From the NCBI GenBank assembly GCA_964036045.1, contig OZ038378.1, positions 187,488,001 through 187,552,000 on the forward strand: 64,000 nt of DNA, read 5' to 3'. The notes under the pieces are model-generated. The model was not told where the DNA came from and did not search any database. It worked only from the letters and a program-made list of their open reading frames with translations. A program made the translations under genes and the position numbers. Positions within the stretch are counted from its first letter, which is position 1. The number at the start of each line of letters is the position of its first letter. This document shows, one piece after another, positions 1 to 12,432 of the stretch. Origin of the DNA: Eutreptiella sp. 'Long Island Sound 2002'. Its lineage: Eukaryota > Protista > Euglenida.

Positions 1-1067
1 CCCACCTCCGCCGCAACGACAAGGGCGACGACGAGGGCTCCTGACCTTGCAGGAAGCAATCTTCGTGTCCCTGCACAAAGCCCCTGGCCCGCCCCCTCAA
101 GGGCTGTGGAGGGGTCCCCTGTTCCGAACACCCCCCGTCTACCGTCCAAACGGGCCCCGACGACCGACCCCATGTCCCACAGCCGCCCAAGGGGAAGGGG
201 GCAGGGGCTCCGGACGTGGTCCCGGCAGAATTTTTCGGCTCAGCGCGCTGCCAGACCGCCTGAGCGAGGTGGGCCCTGGGACACACGGGTCTGTTCTTGG
301 GGGAACAGGGGGTGTTCCTGGCTATAACACCAGAGGTACCCTCCCTGGGGGACAGTGTAGATGACAGGTCAGCGGACATAGGGGCTGAGCTCCACAATCC
401 TCTTCAGCTTCAACCTTCAAAACCCCTCGGACCCATCAGGGCACGGGGTCACGGCACAGAAGTACGTGGTGGGGGAAACCTTCAGAGGGCTTTTGTTCGT
501 TGTGAGAAATTTCGCGCTGGAAGGGGTTTGAAGTGATGCTTCAAATCAAACGAAAATCGAACGCACCTTAAGCTTCCTCGCCTCATCTTAGACCGCTGGC
601 CGCTGCACAGGAGACACTACCCGTCCTCGTCCAATCCGCCCCAAATGCACCAAACAGCGGACATGAAAGTTTGCCAACCTACTGCACTAAGGCTAAGGGG
701 TGAAAGGGGTGACTGCCTGGTGGTTTAGATGTTTAGACAGAGACTGGTCGAAAGCGTCCCCAGCACTTCTACTGGTACATGGGCATACGGCGGGTCTGGG
801 AGTTAAGGGGTACGGACTCTGTGATTGATGTGGGTGAGATTGGTGGCACAGGTGCAGGTGGTTGAGCGCTATAAATCCCACCAAGAGGTAGCAGGGCTCT
901 AACAGTGAGCACTCGACCCTGGTGCACTGCCCATTCACACACTTCCCCGAATTCCTCCCGCCCCCCCCCCCCCTTGATCGCATGCACATGAAAAGCAATC
1001 AATTGACAAAGTATTGAGGCATTGCTATCCTGGAAATTGGCGGAAGCATCTCAAACAACCGGTGCCG

Positions 1068-1412
1068 CCTCACGTCAAGTGGGTGGTACGGGACCTTCTG
1101 CCAAGGGCCTGTGGTGAGGCCTGTGGTAAGTAAGCTGCTTAGTGCCGGTATGAGTTTTTGGGATTTCGGGATTTTCTACTTTGCTAGTCCAGACCGCCGA
1201 TGGGGGGAAATTGTTTTTGGCGGGCGAGAGTGGGCCAACTGTCCCTCTGCTCACAGGTGCCGGTCTGCCCCTTGGCGTCCCTCCCACACCGGCACCGGCA
1301 TGCTTCACACCGAGTCTTTCCCATGACGCTTTGTTTGAACGGTGCTCACTAGCACCACTGATGATGTGGGAAATGAACACATGGTTCCTGCACATCGGTG
1401 GTGCACATCGAT
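1068..1412 (+). repeat. Dispersed repeat of about 340 bp, copy A
   Basis: Nearly identical to 2082-2417. Weaker partial copies lie at about 42125-42260 and, reversed, at about 5795-5830. GGTGCCG at 1061-1067 and 1413-1419 could be a target-site duplication. Confidence 0.9.
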
Positions 1413-1631
1413 GGTGCCGTCAATCTTTTCCACGTGCATTGTTTCCACTCTGAACTTCTGAAGCCCGCCCTGTCAGCGAGGGCGTGAAGTCACGCGGCGC
1501 AAACGGACAACCCTGGGCCTGCCCTTTCGCAAGGCCCTGCCACAACAGCCCGTTGCGCAGACCACCCTCTCCCTCCCTCTGCAAAGGCAGGCCCATCAGC
1601 CCCCTTTACAACGCCCTCAACTGCACAAGTG

Positions 1632-1937
1632 TTACGGCGCTGGAAGCCACGGCGCGGAGACGTCAGTGCGAGCGTCCATGGGGTCTGTGGTCTTCGGCCT
1701 GTCGTCGAGCAATGCATTGAAAATGGCGTTGACGAGGGCGTGCGTGGGAAAGAGATTGTCGAAGTGGTTGCTGTCCGAGAGCTCCGAGGCCCAAATCATG
1801 GGCTTGAGGATGCCGAACTGGTCCAGGATGGGCACGTGGCCCCGCCGCAGCAGCGGCACGGTGACGTCATTGTACATCATCAGCCGCTGATTATTGCGCC
1901 AGTCCTTGAGCTGCCGTGTGGCGGGGTGGCCCCCGAC
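1632..1937 (-). CDS. Exon 2 (terminal) of the SGNH-family gene, carrying the catalytic DxxH
   Basis: Acceptor TTGCAG|GTC at 1938 is phase 0, matching the exon 1 donor. The exon reads VGGHPATRQ...LDQFGILKPMIWASELSDSNHF...; DSNH is the block V DxxH that completes the Ser/Asp/His triad. Stop TAA at 1632. Confidence 0.85.
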   Translation of the reverse strand, partial: VGGHPATRQLKDWRNNQRLMMYNDVTVPLLRRGHVPILDQFGILKPMIWASELSDSNHFDNLFPTHALVNAIFNALLDDRPKTTDPMDARTDVSAPWLPAP

Positions 1938-2081
1938 CTGCAACGGGTGGAAGTAGAAGCAGAGGGAGAGCTTAAGGGCGGGCTCCGGACTCCAGCACAC
2001 CCTCATCACTGCAGGCTTTGCTTTACATTGGGTCTCGTCATGACGAGGGCCTGTGTGCAGACATTCTGGTGTGCTGCTGTT

Positions 2082-2417
2082 GCCTCACATCACGTGGGTG
2101 GTACGGGACCTTCTGCCAAGGGCCTGTGATAAGGCCTGTGGTAAGCTGCTTAGTGCCGGTATGAGTTTTTGGGATTTCGGGATTTTCTACTTTGCTAGTC
2201 CAGACCGCCGATGGGGGGAAATTGTTTTTGGCGGGCGAGAGTGGGCCAACTGTCCCTCTGCTTACAGGTGCCGGTCTGCCCCTTGGCGTCCCTCCCACAC
2301 AGGCACCGGCATGCTTCACACCGAGTCTTTCCCATGACGGTTTGTTTGAACGGTGCTCACCAGCACCACTGATGATGTGGGAAATGAACACATGGTTTCT
2401 GCACATCGGTGGTGCAC
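2082..2417 (+). repeat. Dispersed repeat of about 340 bp, copy B (inside the SGNH intron)
   Basis: Direct, nearly identical copy of 1068-1412; both yield the same spurious ORFs in the track (MCRNHVFISH..., MLVQTADGGK...). Confidence 0.9.
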
Positions 2418-3351
2418 AGCATTTTCATGCATTTTGCCTTTTTGGGAGATCATCAATGGTGGCTTGGCACAGTGGTGTGTGGGCAAGGCCGCCCCAGGGG
2501 TGGGGGTTACAGGGGTAGCAGGGGGTAGTACACTGTGCCAAATCCCCAAAACGGCCATTTTCAGGCACAATGCCCTGCAGGGCTAGTGAAATGCACAATG
2601 GTTTGTACACAACCCAGAGCACCAGGGGTCTGGGTTGATGGTTGATGGTTGAGGGGTCAACCATCTGTCAAAACTTTGGGGGGGCGGGGGGGGGGGGGAG
2701 CTGGCCGCTGGAAAGGCTAACGGGGCGTGTCGGCGCTGTTTGGGGGTTTTTGCTACAATTGGCAATATTCTTTCCTATACAGACCAGACTACACTCCCAC
2801 AATGTTGGACAGCCTCATAACGCAATCCGGATTCTTTTCGTCTGGACAGCTCCAATGTACGTAGAAGAGGCCATCGCCAAAATCAGTGTACGCCAAAGGG
2901 CCAGTCCATATCCCCAACTGGAAAGGGGCCAATCCAAATCCAAATTCTTGATAGATACCACGAACCAATAGGAAGGGATGCAAAACAACACACACCAGTA
3001 CACTAGAAATTAGGGCAAAGCATGCAAACAACTTTTATAGATGCATAACAAGGCTCATTGTTACTGTTACGAGGCACTACTATGCAACTTGGGTATGGTC
3101 CTGTACAAACTTTGTGCACAGCGCGCACACAGCGTGCGCACAGTGCACAACACGCCCCCTCTGGGTAGTTGGGGGTGAGTCTGGAGAGGTCTAAGGGGAA
3201 AGTTTGGAGGGGGTTGGAAGGCCAGTCCCGGGAAGGGGGCCATCATGGGGGTGCCTGGTATATTCATGTTTAAGGGCATGCCGGCCGGCCAGTCAATCAT
3301 GGACATGCCCGCGCCTCTGCCCAGCCCCAGCAAAAGCAGCAAAAGCCTGAC

Positions 3352-4641
3352 CTGCAGTGGCGTTGCCGTGAGCCACAGAACGTTGTCGTCCCCGCGAATC
3401 AGGGGAATGACCGCCTCCATCCACTCGCGGTACTGACGATACGTCCAGTGCGTCTTGGAGCAGAAGTGCTGCGCCCCCGACACGATCACACGGTCGAACT
3501 GCGTGTGCCACAGCCACGGCCGCTCGTTGCGCCGCTGGTACCCCAGCGCCCGGTGCAGTTTGGCTGGTGCCAACTGCGCCTTCACGAGGTCCGCGAACGG
3601 CACCTGCCGCCGCTCCGCCAGCCACTTCCCAAAGGTCGCGAGGTACGGGTCCGACAAGTAGTCCACCTCCCAGGGCCCGATCACGAACCGGTGGCTGCGG
3701 TGGTCCCAGAACGCTGGGATCTGGGCCGGGGGTTCGCGCATGTGGTCCTTGAGCTGCTGCAGCATCGTCACGTAGAGGCTGCGCGCGTGGCTGTCGCCGA
3801 GGATCAGCAACTTCTTGGGCGCCCGCAGCACGGACGCGACGCCCGCGGCGTTGAGCAGGTCGACGTAGCTGCAGTCCACGCCCTGCCACGTCCAGTTCCC
3901 GGTCCAGACCCACCGCCCGGGCCCGTCCAGCGCCTCGCACACCGCCCGCGGCCGCGGCGCCGCGCGCGGGCACCGCAGCGCCAGGCCGCCCCCCCAAAGC
4001 GACACGTTGTCGAAGGGGAACCAGCGGTTGTCCCGGTCGTTGGCCCAGCGGTAGTCGGAGTACTGCAGCTCCCCCGTCGCCCGGTACGCGCCCGCGCTCC
4101 ACAGCGAGAACGGCGCGTCGTAGGAGCAGTTCCCGGTGTAGCGGAAGTCCGGGGCGTGGAACTCCGGCCCCATGATCCGGACCATAAGGGAGTCGGGGCC
4201 GTAGCCCTCGCGCACCGTCTGCACCGTCCGGCTGTCCAGGGAGAACCCGCCGCGCTCGCGGCAGCCCGCGACGCGCTGGACCTGCCAGGCCCCGGCGCAG
4301 GTGCCTTCGTCGTAGCAGAGCGTCACGCGGAATTGCGGATGCCCCGGCGCGGTCGCACACGCGGCGGGCGCGGCAGCCGCCGGAGGGCTCATGATGAACC
4401 ACAACCAGAGCCAGAGAGCGATCGAGAGCGGGACCCGGCCCACGCGCCAGCGGCGTGAACGGCGACTGGCGCCGCAGCAGTGCGACAGCAGGCGCGCAGT
4501 CGGGAGCACCGCCGGGGCACTCGGACACAGTAAGAGCGGCGGTGGGGCCTGGGGCGACGACCGGCGCCCAGCAACAGCCGTGCGAAGCCTCGGTGGCGCT
4601 GCAGCCTCGGGGGGACGGGGCGTGAGCCCGGTCGGCATCAT
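3352..4641 (-). CDS. Exon 1 of a type II membrane SGNH-hydrolase-family protein (NXPE/PC-esterase/TBL-like, putative glycan O-acetyltransferase or esterase); about 531 aa when joined to exon 2
   Basis: GC-rich open frame with a hydrophobic anchor (IALWLWLWFIM), an Ig-like segment (GPDSLMVRIMGPE...YTGNCSYDAPF) and the block I motif LLILGDSHARSLY. It ends at ATPLQ with a phase-0 donor CAG|GTCAGG at 3351. The start ATG at 4641 is inferred; 4392 is an alternative. Confidence 0.85.
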
Positions 4642-6998
4642 GCCTCGCGGTGCGGCGTGAAGGACCACGTCCGCGACGACGGGGCTGGTGTGCCTTTCAT
4701 GAGCGACGGCCGGCGTGGGGCATCGCAGCAAAGCGGATTCAAAGGGCCTGACCATGCGGGAATGGGGACAACCCGACGCTCGGGAAGTGAGACCGGAGGC
4801 ATGTCCTTGTGGCGGAAGGCCCGGTGGGTGACAGGGCAATGCTTGTGCAGTCGACCCCAGGCACGCCTTGGAGCGGGGGAAGGGGGAAAGGGGATCTGAA
4901 AACCCAAGATTCGTGTACCAAAAGAGCCCAAAAATCTGGCCTGGCCTAAACGCGAATTCTATCCCGAGGCCCTTTTGCCAACCCACCGGGGGGCTCAACG
5001 GTCGGTTCTGATGGACTGAATGGCCACACCATGGACAGTTCCAGCCATCAGGCCTTGATGTGTGTGTGTTCTCATCACATGTCCCTTCTTCGTTGGGATG
5101 ACCCACTAACAAAGTGCGCACCCCCCGGGAACGGAGGGGGGGATGAAGCCCCGGATACATACCCCACTGCCCCTTTGCGCAAGCACGCTGAAAGTCAAGA
5201 AAACGACAGTCAGACGGGCTCCCGTGCCTAGACAAGGCAGTGGATGCGTAAGGGGCGGTTAGCTACCGTATACCCCCGCGACACAGGCATACGGTCATTG
5301 CTCACCAGTTCCGAGTATTGCCTTGAGTTCGCCGACAACTCGGTTATGGAATGTTTCTTGGACTGGGTTAGGGCAAGGACCGGGAACTGAGGGGGGGGGG
5401 GGGGGGTAATGGCTCTGTAAGTGCGCCCGGTGGCGCCTCCGGTTCTTCGCACTGGTTTGCATTTTCAGGAGTGTCTACGTGGGGGGGAATGAAATCGAGG
5501 GGCTGCTCCTTAAGAATATTTCACAAGCAAAAACATGAAATTTACTCCAAAGCCCTGGAATTGGATGCCGATTTGCATACTCAAAAGTCGTTTTTGGCCT
5601 GGCATGGTGGTGGCAGAGTGGTGGCAAGGGGCAGCAGCAGTCCTGTGAGCACTCCCACTCTCACCTATTGAAAAATACTTTCCCTGGGGCAAACAACCTT
5701 TCCTTCACAAGGCCTGGGAACGCAGCACACCACTGATGGGTAACACCTGGTGATCTGGCACGTGTGGCCCTTGTGTTACATTTTCAACTGTTAAGGGAAC
5801 GACTGAAAGTGAAGCATGCCGGCGTGGGGGTGTCATTTGGGACCAACCTCAACCCACCCACCCACCCACCCACCCACGTCACAATAAGAAACGATCATCT
5901 CATATTCATCATTCATCATCATGGTGAACCCCCACAGAGCTCAATGGTCGGTACTGCTCCCTCATAAAATTTCGTGCCACACAGGGGGAGGGGGTAGGGC
6001 GGATAAGGGCTGCGACCAACCCACACACCCCTACGTCAGAGAAAGTGTCCACAGCAAAAACACAACATTTATTGAGGAGGCTGAAATTGGAAGCCTGCAA
6101 ACTGTTATTACCAGCTCCACCACACGCACAAGGCAACCAACCAGCATTCATGGAGCACATTTTGCCACCAACTGACATGAAAACATGCTTGCAGTTGCCT
6201 CCTCATCCCCTCGTGGATTACCGACTTACCAGAATATCTGCCCTCAAGCCCTGGTCACCACGTGGGCCATAGGCAGTGTTGTTGTCGTATCTGTGTGCAC
6301 ATTGCAAGCATACGAGCAGCACTCATCAGATACCAACCTCCTGTAAAACCGACACATTAGTGCAACAGGTTGGGGCAGCACGAAAAAATACGTGAAATTC
6401 TGGTGCCTCCAAATATTGCAATGTGTTGCCCAAAGACTTAAATTGCACATCCACCGTACAACAATGCAAAAGGCATGCAAAAATGGGCACATTTCCGACT
6501 AAGGCCAAGTTGTTGCACTGTGTGCACACTGCGTGCATACTGCGCACGCAGAGGCCGGGATACTCACCCGAGAATACGTGTCACCTGACAGGTAGCATAG
6601 CAAAGCAGCAAAGCCCACATGAGAACAACAGAACTGCCTTCAACTTGGTACTCCACTATCCCTATGAACAAACCACTCAGCCTTGTAAGGGACAACTATG
6701 TAGGGGCATGCAAGATGCACACATGTTCAAGTGGCAAGTGCCACACTCAGATATATCACCACGACGGTGGCCACACAATTGACAACAAACACCATCATCA
6801 TTTTCCTCCTCCTCAATGGTTGCCTCCTCCTGTGCCCACACAGACTCAAGCACACGAGACCAAGGTCCATAGGGCCGATACCTAGTCTGCCTGCGAATAC
6901 AATCCCGGCATAAGGTCACATATCCATACTATATTCCCAAGATTGTCCACAGCCACGGTTATCTTATAAACATGGCGTGCGCACTTGGGATTGAAAAG

Positions 6999-7098
6999 GA
7001 CATCACCCCTGCCTTCTCCTGGTCCCCATAGTGGGGAGAAATCAATATGGCTACATCACCCCCTTCTCGGGTCCCCATACTGGGGAGAGTTCAATATG
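6999..7098 (+). repeat. Two units of an approximately 53-bp tandem motif (GGCTACATCACCCCTGCCTTCTCGGGGTCCCCATAGTGGGGAGAAATCAATAT)
   Basis: The same unit recurs three times at 8452-8600. Both arrays are followed by a similar AAAATGGGTGAAA tract, so they belong to one dispersed element family. Confidence 0.8.
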
Positions 7099-7559
7099 GG
7101 GGATGGAAAATGGGTGAAAATGGTTGAAAATGGGCAACAAAGGGTGACAATTTAAATGTGCCACATCCCAAATGCATAGGAAGCTAAAAAAAACCCCAGC
7201 ATGGAACCAAAAACTTGTCAAAGGGGCCAAAAGTAGGGTCCGAGTATTTGCCGACATCCAAAACTTCGCATTGCGTGCACGGCATTCCCTAACATGTGCT
7301 GCATTCACGTATATTAGCCTAATGTATGCACATGACTGCCAATGAGCACTGTTATCATTTTCTTCATCCCCTGCAAGCATCTTGATGTGCCCACACGGAC
7401 TCACAACGATGACTCCACAATCCATAGGGCTGATACCTAGTTTCCCATCCATTACAATGCCCATCAACATCAATCCTCAAATTTCAAAGGCATGCAAAGA
7501 GATGTACCATCCTTGCATAATGGAAACCATGCACATCTGTGTATTCTTGTTAGGCATTC

Positions 7560-7950
7560 CTCAAAGTCTTACGCTCAATAGGCATACATGTTGGTGTACA
7601 TGTGGCCTTTGTATGCACCTATGCCAAGTCACACTTGGTTGTACAGAGACATGGAAGGTTGGAGAGGAATGATGTGGATATAAGGTCATACTGGATTATG
7701 AAGGGTTTGGAACAATGCCTATCAGGCGGTGCTACATTACAATCAACAATGCCCCCACAAGATGTGTTGGAATTTGAGGTTGATTCCCACAGCACTTGTT
7801 TTCTTGCTCTTGGGGTGGAAGGGGTCCCTAAATTGGGAGGTGACATGTGATGCATAACACTACCCGATGGGAAATTCTGACAATTTCAAACATCATGAAG
7901 CATGGTTTCTTGGCCTCATTCATGGCTGCCTGAGACGGACCTATGATGTA
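7560..7950 (+). mobile_element. Highly degenerate LINE ORF2 fragment
   Basis: Stop-ridden translation (GWRGMMWI*GHTGL*RVWNNAYQAV) loosely resembles the LINE relic at 45400-45660. Similarity was judged by eye only. Confidence 0.3.
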
Positions 7951-8451
7951 TGGAAAGGTGACATCAAGGTAATTTGGTTAACATGACCATGGCTTTGTCT
8001 CCTTTTTTTAAGCCGTGCTTTAGGCTTTACAATTGCCTTGCAATAGACCCTGAAGTTGAATGTCAGCCCCTGGGCAATAATTTTGTTTCCCACATCATAC
8101 TTCAACAAAGCGGGGGGTCCACCTTTGCCTTTGTCTTCGGGGGAATGTTTGCCCGGCGCGCTACCTTTCTATTAACTATCCTGGCTTCAGCCCCAGATTT
8201 ACCCTCTGATGGAGAAAGCCCCCCAAATAGACCATGATGGACTGCACACCTTCCCTACAAAGCACGTTGCATAATTAGGCAATAGCTGTGAATTCAACAA
8301 CTCCAAATGTCATTTGTATTGTACTTAACAAACGGTACTTTGCCTTTACCTTTCCCATAGATTTCGCTATGGTAATTGGTCCCCAAGCCACAAGCGGTTT
8401 GGACGGCGTTTCTGCCTCACGTCACAAGAACGATGCGCAAACTCAGCATTA

Positions 8452-8600
8452 GCTACATTAGCCCTGCCTTCTCAGGGGCCCAAAGTTAGGCGGAATGGCT
8501 GCATCACCCGTGCCTTCTCGGGTTCCCCATGGTGGGGAGAAATCAATATGGCTACATTACCCCTGCTTTCTTGGGGTCCCCATGGTGGGGAGAAATCAAC
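8452..8600 (+). repeat. Three degenerate units of the same approximately 53-bp motif
   Basis: Visible similarity to 6999-7098. Confidence 0.8.
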
Positions 8601-9399
8601 CTAGTAAGGAGTGGATGTGGTGGAAACGAGCAAAAAATGGATGAAAATGGGTGAAACTGGGTGAGAATCCAAATGTACCATATCCCGAATGTGAAAGAAG
8701 CATCAAAATACCCGTTGTCAAACAACAATAATGCCCATAGTGTCACAAAGTATGGGGTTCTAGGACGGCTACATGTCCAAATAGTTGCATTGCGCGCACT
8801 GCGCTTAGTGCACCCCTAAAAAGGTCACCAGTGGGGCACGGGTCAAAAAAGATGCCCGGCGCGTGCCCGGCGCGCTAACGCTCCCCCTTCAGCTTCTAAA
8901 TCTTGAAAGTCAAGTTTTACACCTTCTTGAGTTGTGAGTCTTTTGGTTGCATGGGTTCAAGCACGGTGGCACATTGGACACCAGAGCATCTGCCAACAGG
9001 GTCTCCTGCCCTACAGCAACTTGCGTTCCCTGACAGTCCACTAACAACCCCCCCCCAGCCCCCCCCCCCCCCCCCTTCACAGGTGTCATATGACTAATTG
9101 TGCACCAAGTCAAGGAATCTTCCCACCAGAGGGTGGTGCACCTTCTGCTTTAGGTTATGATAGTTTGATTTTGCACCAAATCCTCCTATGTCTTCTACAT
9201 GACAATGCGTCCTTTAGCACAGATGGCTGTGCACTGGCATCAAACAGACTTGAGACACTGATACATCAAGCACCCGTGGCTCACAGGGCTTAAGTGAAAC
9301 ATTTTTGCATTCGAAACTAGCAGTAGCTAACACGTTGAAGGTTTTTGCATTCCTTCCACCATCCCTGCAACCACACCCTGACAGCCCAAATTGTGTAGT

Positions 9400-11300
9400 G
9401 TCACTATGAAACCAGGGGAAGCTGTGATAGATGACGGGCCCACATGACGATAGGTAGCCATAACCAGAGGTGAGCGCCCCGCATAGGAGTACATCCTCTC
9501 CAGTTGCACAGATATCCAGCGGTCTGCACTGCGACAAAACGGATGAGCATAACTGTGTCAAGATTGCCCAATTGCACAAAATCGTGCAGTGCAACGACCC
9601 AGCCTTCAGGGGGCTGGGGTGCAAGGAAACCCCTCAACTTGGCCAACTGAGCTGTGGAAGCTGTCATTGGAGCCCTCTATTGAGGGCGATTGCACACTGC
9701 CACTGTCGCTACCACCTGCAACGCTTTGCAAGTTCTTGCACTCCTGCTTGTGTTTTGAAGGAAAAGCGCACTGCAAAGCTGTAGCCGCAATAGTGATGTA
9801 AAGTTGCACTTAGAGCGTCTTGGCATTGATGTGGTTCTGTGTGAGGGCTCACACGCCTCTCCAACATTGTTGTCTGTCCCACACATGGCAACCGCTAGGT
9901 GTGTAGATAGCATACTTGCGAATTATTGTGAACAAGCATTGCAATTTCTCGGAGTTATGGAGAAAGTGCTTATGCTTGCATGAATTGCATTGTGTGCATC
10001 GGTCAACTACTTTGAGGCGCCCGTGGCACCAATGCTGCAGACAATGCGAGGCATTACCAGGCATAGCGCAGACTTTCCGAGCACAGAGCGAACACACTAC
10101 ACCATGGGTGTACAACATGTCCACTGACAGTGTGGCATGCGCACGGCAGGATGTGCATGGCCACGGCCAGGCCACTTAAGAGATGGCCTAAAGCTGCTGA
10201 GGGACAGCCTTTAACCTTGACCGGTGATTGGGGAATCTGACCTGCACGCACCTCCGCAGAGTTGCAAGGTTGGAGGCACACGACATTCACCTCATCAAGA
10301 TGCATGCCTTCCTACATCTTGTGCACACATGAAGAAATCTGTATCAAAAAAAACAGGACAGAAATTCCATATACCTCAGATCCACGGCGATCTACTGAGA
10401 AAACGAGAGGCACATTGTGCCGTGCAAAGGGAGTGGGACCTTTCATTCCTTGCCATCCTTGCAATCACTTTACACATATGACCCAGCCTGCGTTGGTTAG
10501 GATTTGGGCTAGGTGCTCGCATCTTGTTTCAACAGGGAGGGCTGGTGGAGAAGAAGAGCACGTCATCCAAATACTGGATGATAACCACAGCTGTGAGGTG
10601 AAGGAGGGCCAAAAAAGTCCCCAGGAGCTTCTGTGTTAGGGCAGGGCTAAGGGGCCATCCAAATGGAAGCCCATAAAAGCATACATCTGTGCCCACCCCC
10701 ACCCTGAAAGATGTCGCTTGCTCTGGAGGGGATATTACAGGTGTAGAACATGTTGGAAACGTCGACTTTTATGAAAAACAGGGAAATGCCCTTCGCTTTT
10801 GGCCTCGGCCAAGGCAGGTTGGTGGCGGTTACCAATTGGGAGTTGGTGGCGGTGGCGGTGGTTGGCGGTTGGCGGTTGACGGTTGGCGATTGGTGGTCCC
10901 CAGGGGCTGTCCTTAAGGGCTGTCCTTAACCACAAAAAAGAACCGGAAAAAAGGAGTCCTTAACGATACCCCTGGTCCCCAAGTGGGGGTCTTGCCCCAT
11001 GACCCACTACCAATTATCCGCGATGTGCTGGCCCCACATATCAAGGGGTGGGTGGGAACTGTGCCTGTGTGGCCCCGCCCCATTTGGGCTGAATGGGGTG
11101 TGAGAGGGACTTTTTTATGCGCGTTGGTGGGGGGGTTGATATGCATCACGGACAGGTTATGTTCTACATCACCACGTTCGGTGATGACACTGAGCGCCTC
11201 CCCCAGGCCCTATCGAGAAGCCCTGCCTCCTTGGCCTCCTTCACTGTCAGGAAAAGGTCTTGGAGCAGGTCACGGATTCTCCTTCTGAACCCTCCCCCCT
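9400..11300 (-). mobile_element. Decayed DIRS-like retrotransposon: reverse transcriptase plus RNase H remnant
   Basis: RT motifs appear in the correct order: LFFIKVDVSNMFY (about 10760), then after a frameshift FYGLPFGWPLSPALTQKLLG...VIIQYLDDVLF (YLDD at about 10560-10573), then ILTNAGWVI. An RNase H-like tail (TAQLAKLRG...LDTVMLIRFV) follows at 9400-9667. The LPFGW..SP and YLDD pattern is typical of DIRS/YR RTs; the subclass is inferred. Confidence 0.7.
10809..10983. mobile_element. Non-autonomous (GGCGGTT)n-containing element inserted into the DIRS-like RT
   Basis: Contains 7-bp GGCGGTT subrepeats and a GGGCTGTCCTTAA end. It is flanked by CCAAG at 10809-10813 and 10979-10983. Removing it rejoins GSWGKTPTW to PRPKAKGISLFFIKVD in frame. 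Confidence 0.7.
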
Positions 11301-11970
11301 TTGGCGCTGAGGGCTCGTGCTGCCCTGTTTGCACTCATAATTAGGGATGGGGTCAGGTGTTGCAGGGGAGGGTGGGGGGGAGGTGACAGTCGCATGGGGA
11401 CCCATTCCCTGAACCTCTGCCTTTTGTTGACTGCCCACCTGCATGTACACGAGTTTTGGGCCACATTGGGCCTGGAGCGGATGGCCAAGATGGTCAAGCA
11501 GGGCGCGCCACAAAGAAGGATGAGGGTCGTATCAACAAACAACAAAAAAGGCAGGGATTCAGGTCCCTTGGTGTGGGCTGGGGTGGCAGGGAAATATGTA
11601 CATGGAGGTGTTGGGAATGCATCCAGTTTCCGGACTGCTCTGTTCTTGATGCAGTAGACAGGCACACAACGTGGGGGGGGGCAACCTAAACAATGCTATT
11701 CACACCAGCACCAGAAGAAAGGTTTTGTACGTATGCGCTCAGAACCATCACAGCGGGCTGCTATTTAGTTTCAGGGGAGGGGGCATATAAGCCCCAGTAC
11801 CAAACGGAGATGTGCCACTGCATGTGGGAAACAGGATACCACAACAATTTTGGGCCTTGACCTTAGAAGAGAGAGTGGGAGGTCTGGGACCCAAAACTTT
11901 GTGTACCAAAAAAGGCCCAACAAGATGTTCCCAATGGTAACTTTCGTTGTTTTACCAGTATGGTCCCTTT

Positions 11971-12432
11971 GCAGGGCGGTCTTTAACGGAAAAAAAAAGT
12001 GTGCCGTTACAGAGTTTTCCCAAAAAAGCCCGCGGGCACACCATGTGTTGGCGGTGGGCGGTTGGCGGTTAGGGATTGGTGGTTGATGGCGGTTGACAGT
12101 GGTTGGCGGTTGGCGGTTGGTCGCTGCTAGGTTGGCGGCGGTTGGCGGTTGGCGGTTGGCGACTGGCGGTGGTGGGGTTGGTGGCGGTTGGTGGTGGTTG
12201 GCGGCGGTTGGTGGTTGGGGATTGATGGTTGATGGCGGTTGGCAGTGGTTGGCGGTTGGCGGTTGGTCGCCGCTGGCGGTTGGCGGCGGTTGGCGGCGGT
12301 TGGCGGTTGGCGGTTGGTGGCGGTTGGCAGTTGGTGGCGGTTGGTGGTTGGCGGTTGATGGTCCCTTGGGGCGGTCCCTAAGGGCGGTCCTTAACAAAAC
12401 AAAATCTAGTTCCTTAAGGACCCCCGTGGTCC
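11971..12432. repeat. Longer copy of the (GGCGGTT)n element
   Basis: About 300 bp of GGCGGTT/GGTGGTT heptamers, with the same GGGCGGTCCTTAAC...CCTTAAGGA...TGGTCC end as 10895-10978. Confidence 0.85.

Noticed and set aside
3067-5235. 722-aa ORF as a single CDS
   Set aside because: The 5' part (4642-5235) runs through repeat sequence and the 3' part (3067-3351) is intron read-through; the DxxH motif lies in a separate exon.
6999-8600. Approximately 53-bp repeats as a CRISPR-like array
   Set aside because: Units are adjacent and degenerate with no unique spacers, there are no cas genes, and the context is eukaryotic.
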